From: Scyliorhinus canicula
Taxonomy: Eukaryota
NCBI RefSeq assembly: GCF_902713615.1
Contig: NC_052162.1
Location: 126,132,653 to 126,196,652 of the forward strand
Reading direction: 5' to 3'
Length of the DNA stretch: 64,000 nucleotides
Of this stretch, positions 61,961-64,000 are shown in pieces; position 1 is the first letter of the stretch, and every line of letters begins with the position of its first letter. The position numbers were made by a program, and so were the translations under genes. The notes under the pieces were generated by a model. The model was not told the DNA's origin. It saw only the letters and a program-made list of their open reading frames with translations, and made no database searches.

Positions 61961-63885
61961 GCAGATGAGATGTTTCCCCTGGTTGGAGAGTCTGGAACCA
62001 GGGGACACAATTTCAAAATAAGGGAGAAGCCACTTAGGGCCGGTCTCCGAGGAGACATTTCTTTACTCAGAGGATTGTGAATCTTTGGAATTCTCTACCC
62101 CAGAGGGCTGTGGAAGCTCAGTCACTGAGTGTGTTTAAAGTAGCGACTGACAGATTTCTAAATACCAATAATATAATGGGATATGGGGATAGTGTGGGGA
62201 AAAAGCATTGAAGTGGATAATCAGCCATGATCGTATTGAATGGTGGAGCAGGCTCGACGGGCTGAATGGCTAAGTCCTGCTCCTATGTTCCAATGATACA
62301 AAGATAGGAAGGAAAGTAAATTGTGAAGAGGACATAAGGAGACTAAAGTGATATCAGTAGGTTAAGTGAGTGGGAAAAAAATCTGTCAAACGGAGAACCA
62401 TGTGGGAAAAGGTGAAATTGTCCATCTGGGTAGAAAGAATAAAAAAAGCTTATTATCTAAATGGTGGGAGATTGCAGAGCTCTGAGACAGAGGGATCTAG
62501 GTGTCCAAGAGCATGAATCACAAAAGGCGAGTATACAGGTACAGCAAGTAATTAGGAAAGGTAATAGAATGTTATTGTTTATTGTGGGGGAATTGAATAC
62601 AAAAGTCGGGAGGTTATGCTTCAGTTATACAGGACATTGGTGAGACCACATCTGGAGCACCGTGTACAGTATTGCTCTCATTTAAGGAATGAAGTCAATG
62701 TGTTGGAAGCAGTTCAGAGAAGGTTTACTGGACTCATACCTGGAATTGGAGGCTGGCTTTATGAGGAATGATTGGACAGGCTGGGCTTGCGTCCGATGGA
62801 GTTTAGGTGACTTGATTGAACTCTATAAGATCCTGAGGGGCCTTGACAGGGGGGATGTGGAAAGGATGTTTCCTCTTGTGGGAGAATCTAGAAATTGGAG
62901 TCACTTTAAAAGTAACAACTTGCCCATTTAAGGCAGAGAACTTTTTTCTCTGAGGGTTGTGAGTCTTTGGAACTCTCTTCCTCAAAGGGCAGTAGAAGCA
63001 GAGTCTTTGAATATTTTGAAGGCAGAGCTGATAGATTTTTGGTAAGCAAGGGGGTGAAAGGTTATCGCGGGTCAGCGGGAGTGTGGAGTTGAGGTTACAA
63101 TCAGATCAGGCTGGAACCTATTGAATGGTGGAGGAGGCTTGAGGGGCCGAGTGGCCTACTCCAGCTCCTAATTCATATGTTGTCACATCCTTTATAATAG
63201 ATTGTAGCATTTTCCCTCCTACTGATGTCAGGGTAATGAATCTGTGGTTCCCTGTTTTCTCTCTCCCTCCTTAAATAGTGGGGTTACATTTACCACCTTC
63301 CAATCTGCAGGAACCATTCCAGAATCTATAGAATTTTGAAAGATGATCACCAATGTATCCACTATCTCTACAGCCGCCTCTTTCAACACTCTGGGATGTA
63401 GAGCATCAGCTTTTGGGGATTTATTAACTTTCAACCCATATTAATTTCTCCAGTACTACTTTGTTACTAATATGAATCTCTTTCGGTCCCTGTTGCTCAC
63501 TAGTCCCTTGGTTCCCTTGAGTTTTTGAGAGATTTTCTGTATCTTCCTCCGTGAAGACAGACACACATTGTTTAGTTTCTCTGCCATTTCCTTATTCCCC
63601 ATTATAAACTCTCCTGTCTCTGTCTGGAATGGACCCACATTGGTCTTTGCTAATCTTTTCCTTTTCACATTCCTATCAGAGCTTTTCCAGTCGGTTTTTA
63701 TGTTTCTCCCCAGTTTGCTCCCATTTCCTATTTTTTAGTTTCTTGGTTCTCCTTTGCTGAATTCCAAACAAGTTCCCAATCCTCAGGCTTATTTCTATTT
63801 TGGCCACTTCAAGAGCTGCTTCCTTTGATCTAATGGGATTTTTAACTTTGATTTCTGTTCCTTAAAGGAATCTATATTTGTTGTC
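61960..63885. mobile_element. Mosaic CR1 block, direct copy of 27664-29312 / 30100-30200
   Basis: Same junctions; lacks the solo LTR seen at 29318. Confidence 0.9.
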
Positions 63886-63894
63886 TTCTGTAAA

Positions 63895-64000
63895 ATGAAA
63901 GTCATCAAAGGACCATAGGCTGCTCTCCCCTTTGAGAGAGAGAGAGCTTACTGGTGATGATTTAACCTGAGGGTCACCACACTTCAGGTGAGGGGCAATG
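63895..64000 (-). mobile_element. SINE 3' fragment of the same family as 378-520, runs off the window
   Basis: GACCATAGGCTGC...TTTAACCTGAGGGTCACCACACTTCAGG. Confidence 0.55.

Overview
Repeat-rich vertebrate DNA, most likely from a shark (catshark-like). This is inferred from HE1-type tRNA SINEs, a Deu-domain SINE, CR1/HER1, L1, Rex1 and Penelope elements. The left ~20 kb holds minisatellites, a disrupted PDE4-like terminal exon plus a large acidic pseudo-exon (minus strand), hAT/Harbinger MITEs, an L1 and a truncated LTR element with a tRNA-Ser PBS. From ~19.7 kb onward the window is a cluster of five C2H2 zinc-finger-only loci with no visible KRAB/SCAN/BTB: A (+, 16 fingers), B (-, frameshifted), C (-, pseudogene), D (-, 12 fingers) and E (+, 6 fingers). 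They are built from one duplicated module: CpG promoter with RFX/NRF1/NF-Y motifs, exon 1, a near-invariant ~260-bp micro-exon/intron cassette, fossil fingers in the 5'UTR and a variable finger array. D and E sit head-to-head in a ~16-kb diverged palindrome centred on an RFX X-box. A Penelope hairpin with hammerhead-ribozyme motifs lies in intron 1 of E. Repeat boundaries were read by eye and are approximate unless a TSD or splice site is quoted.
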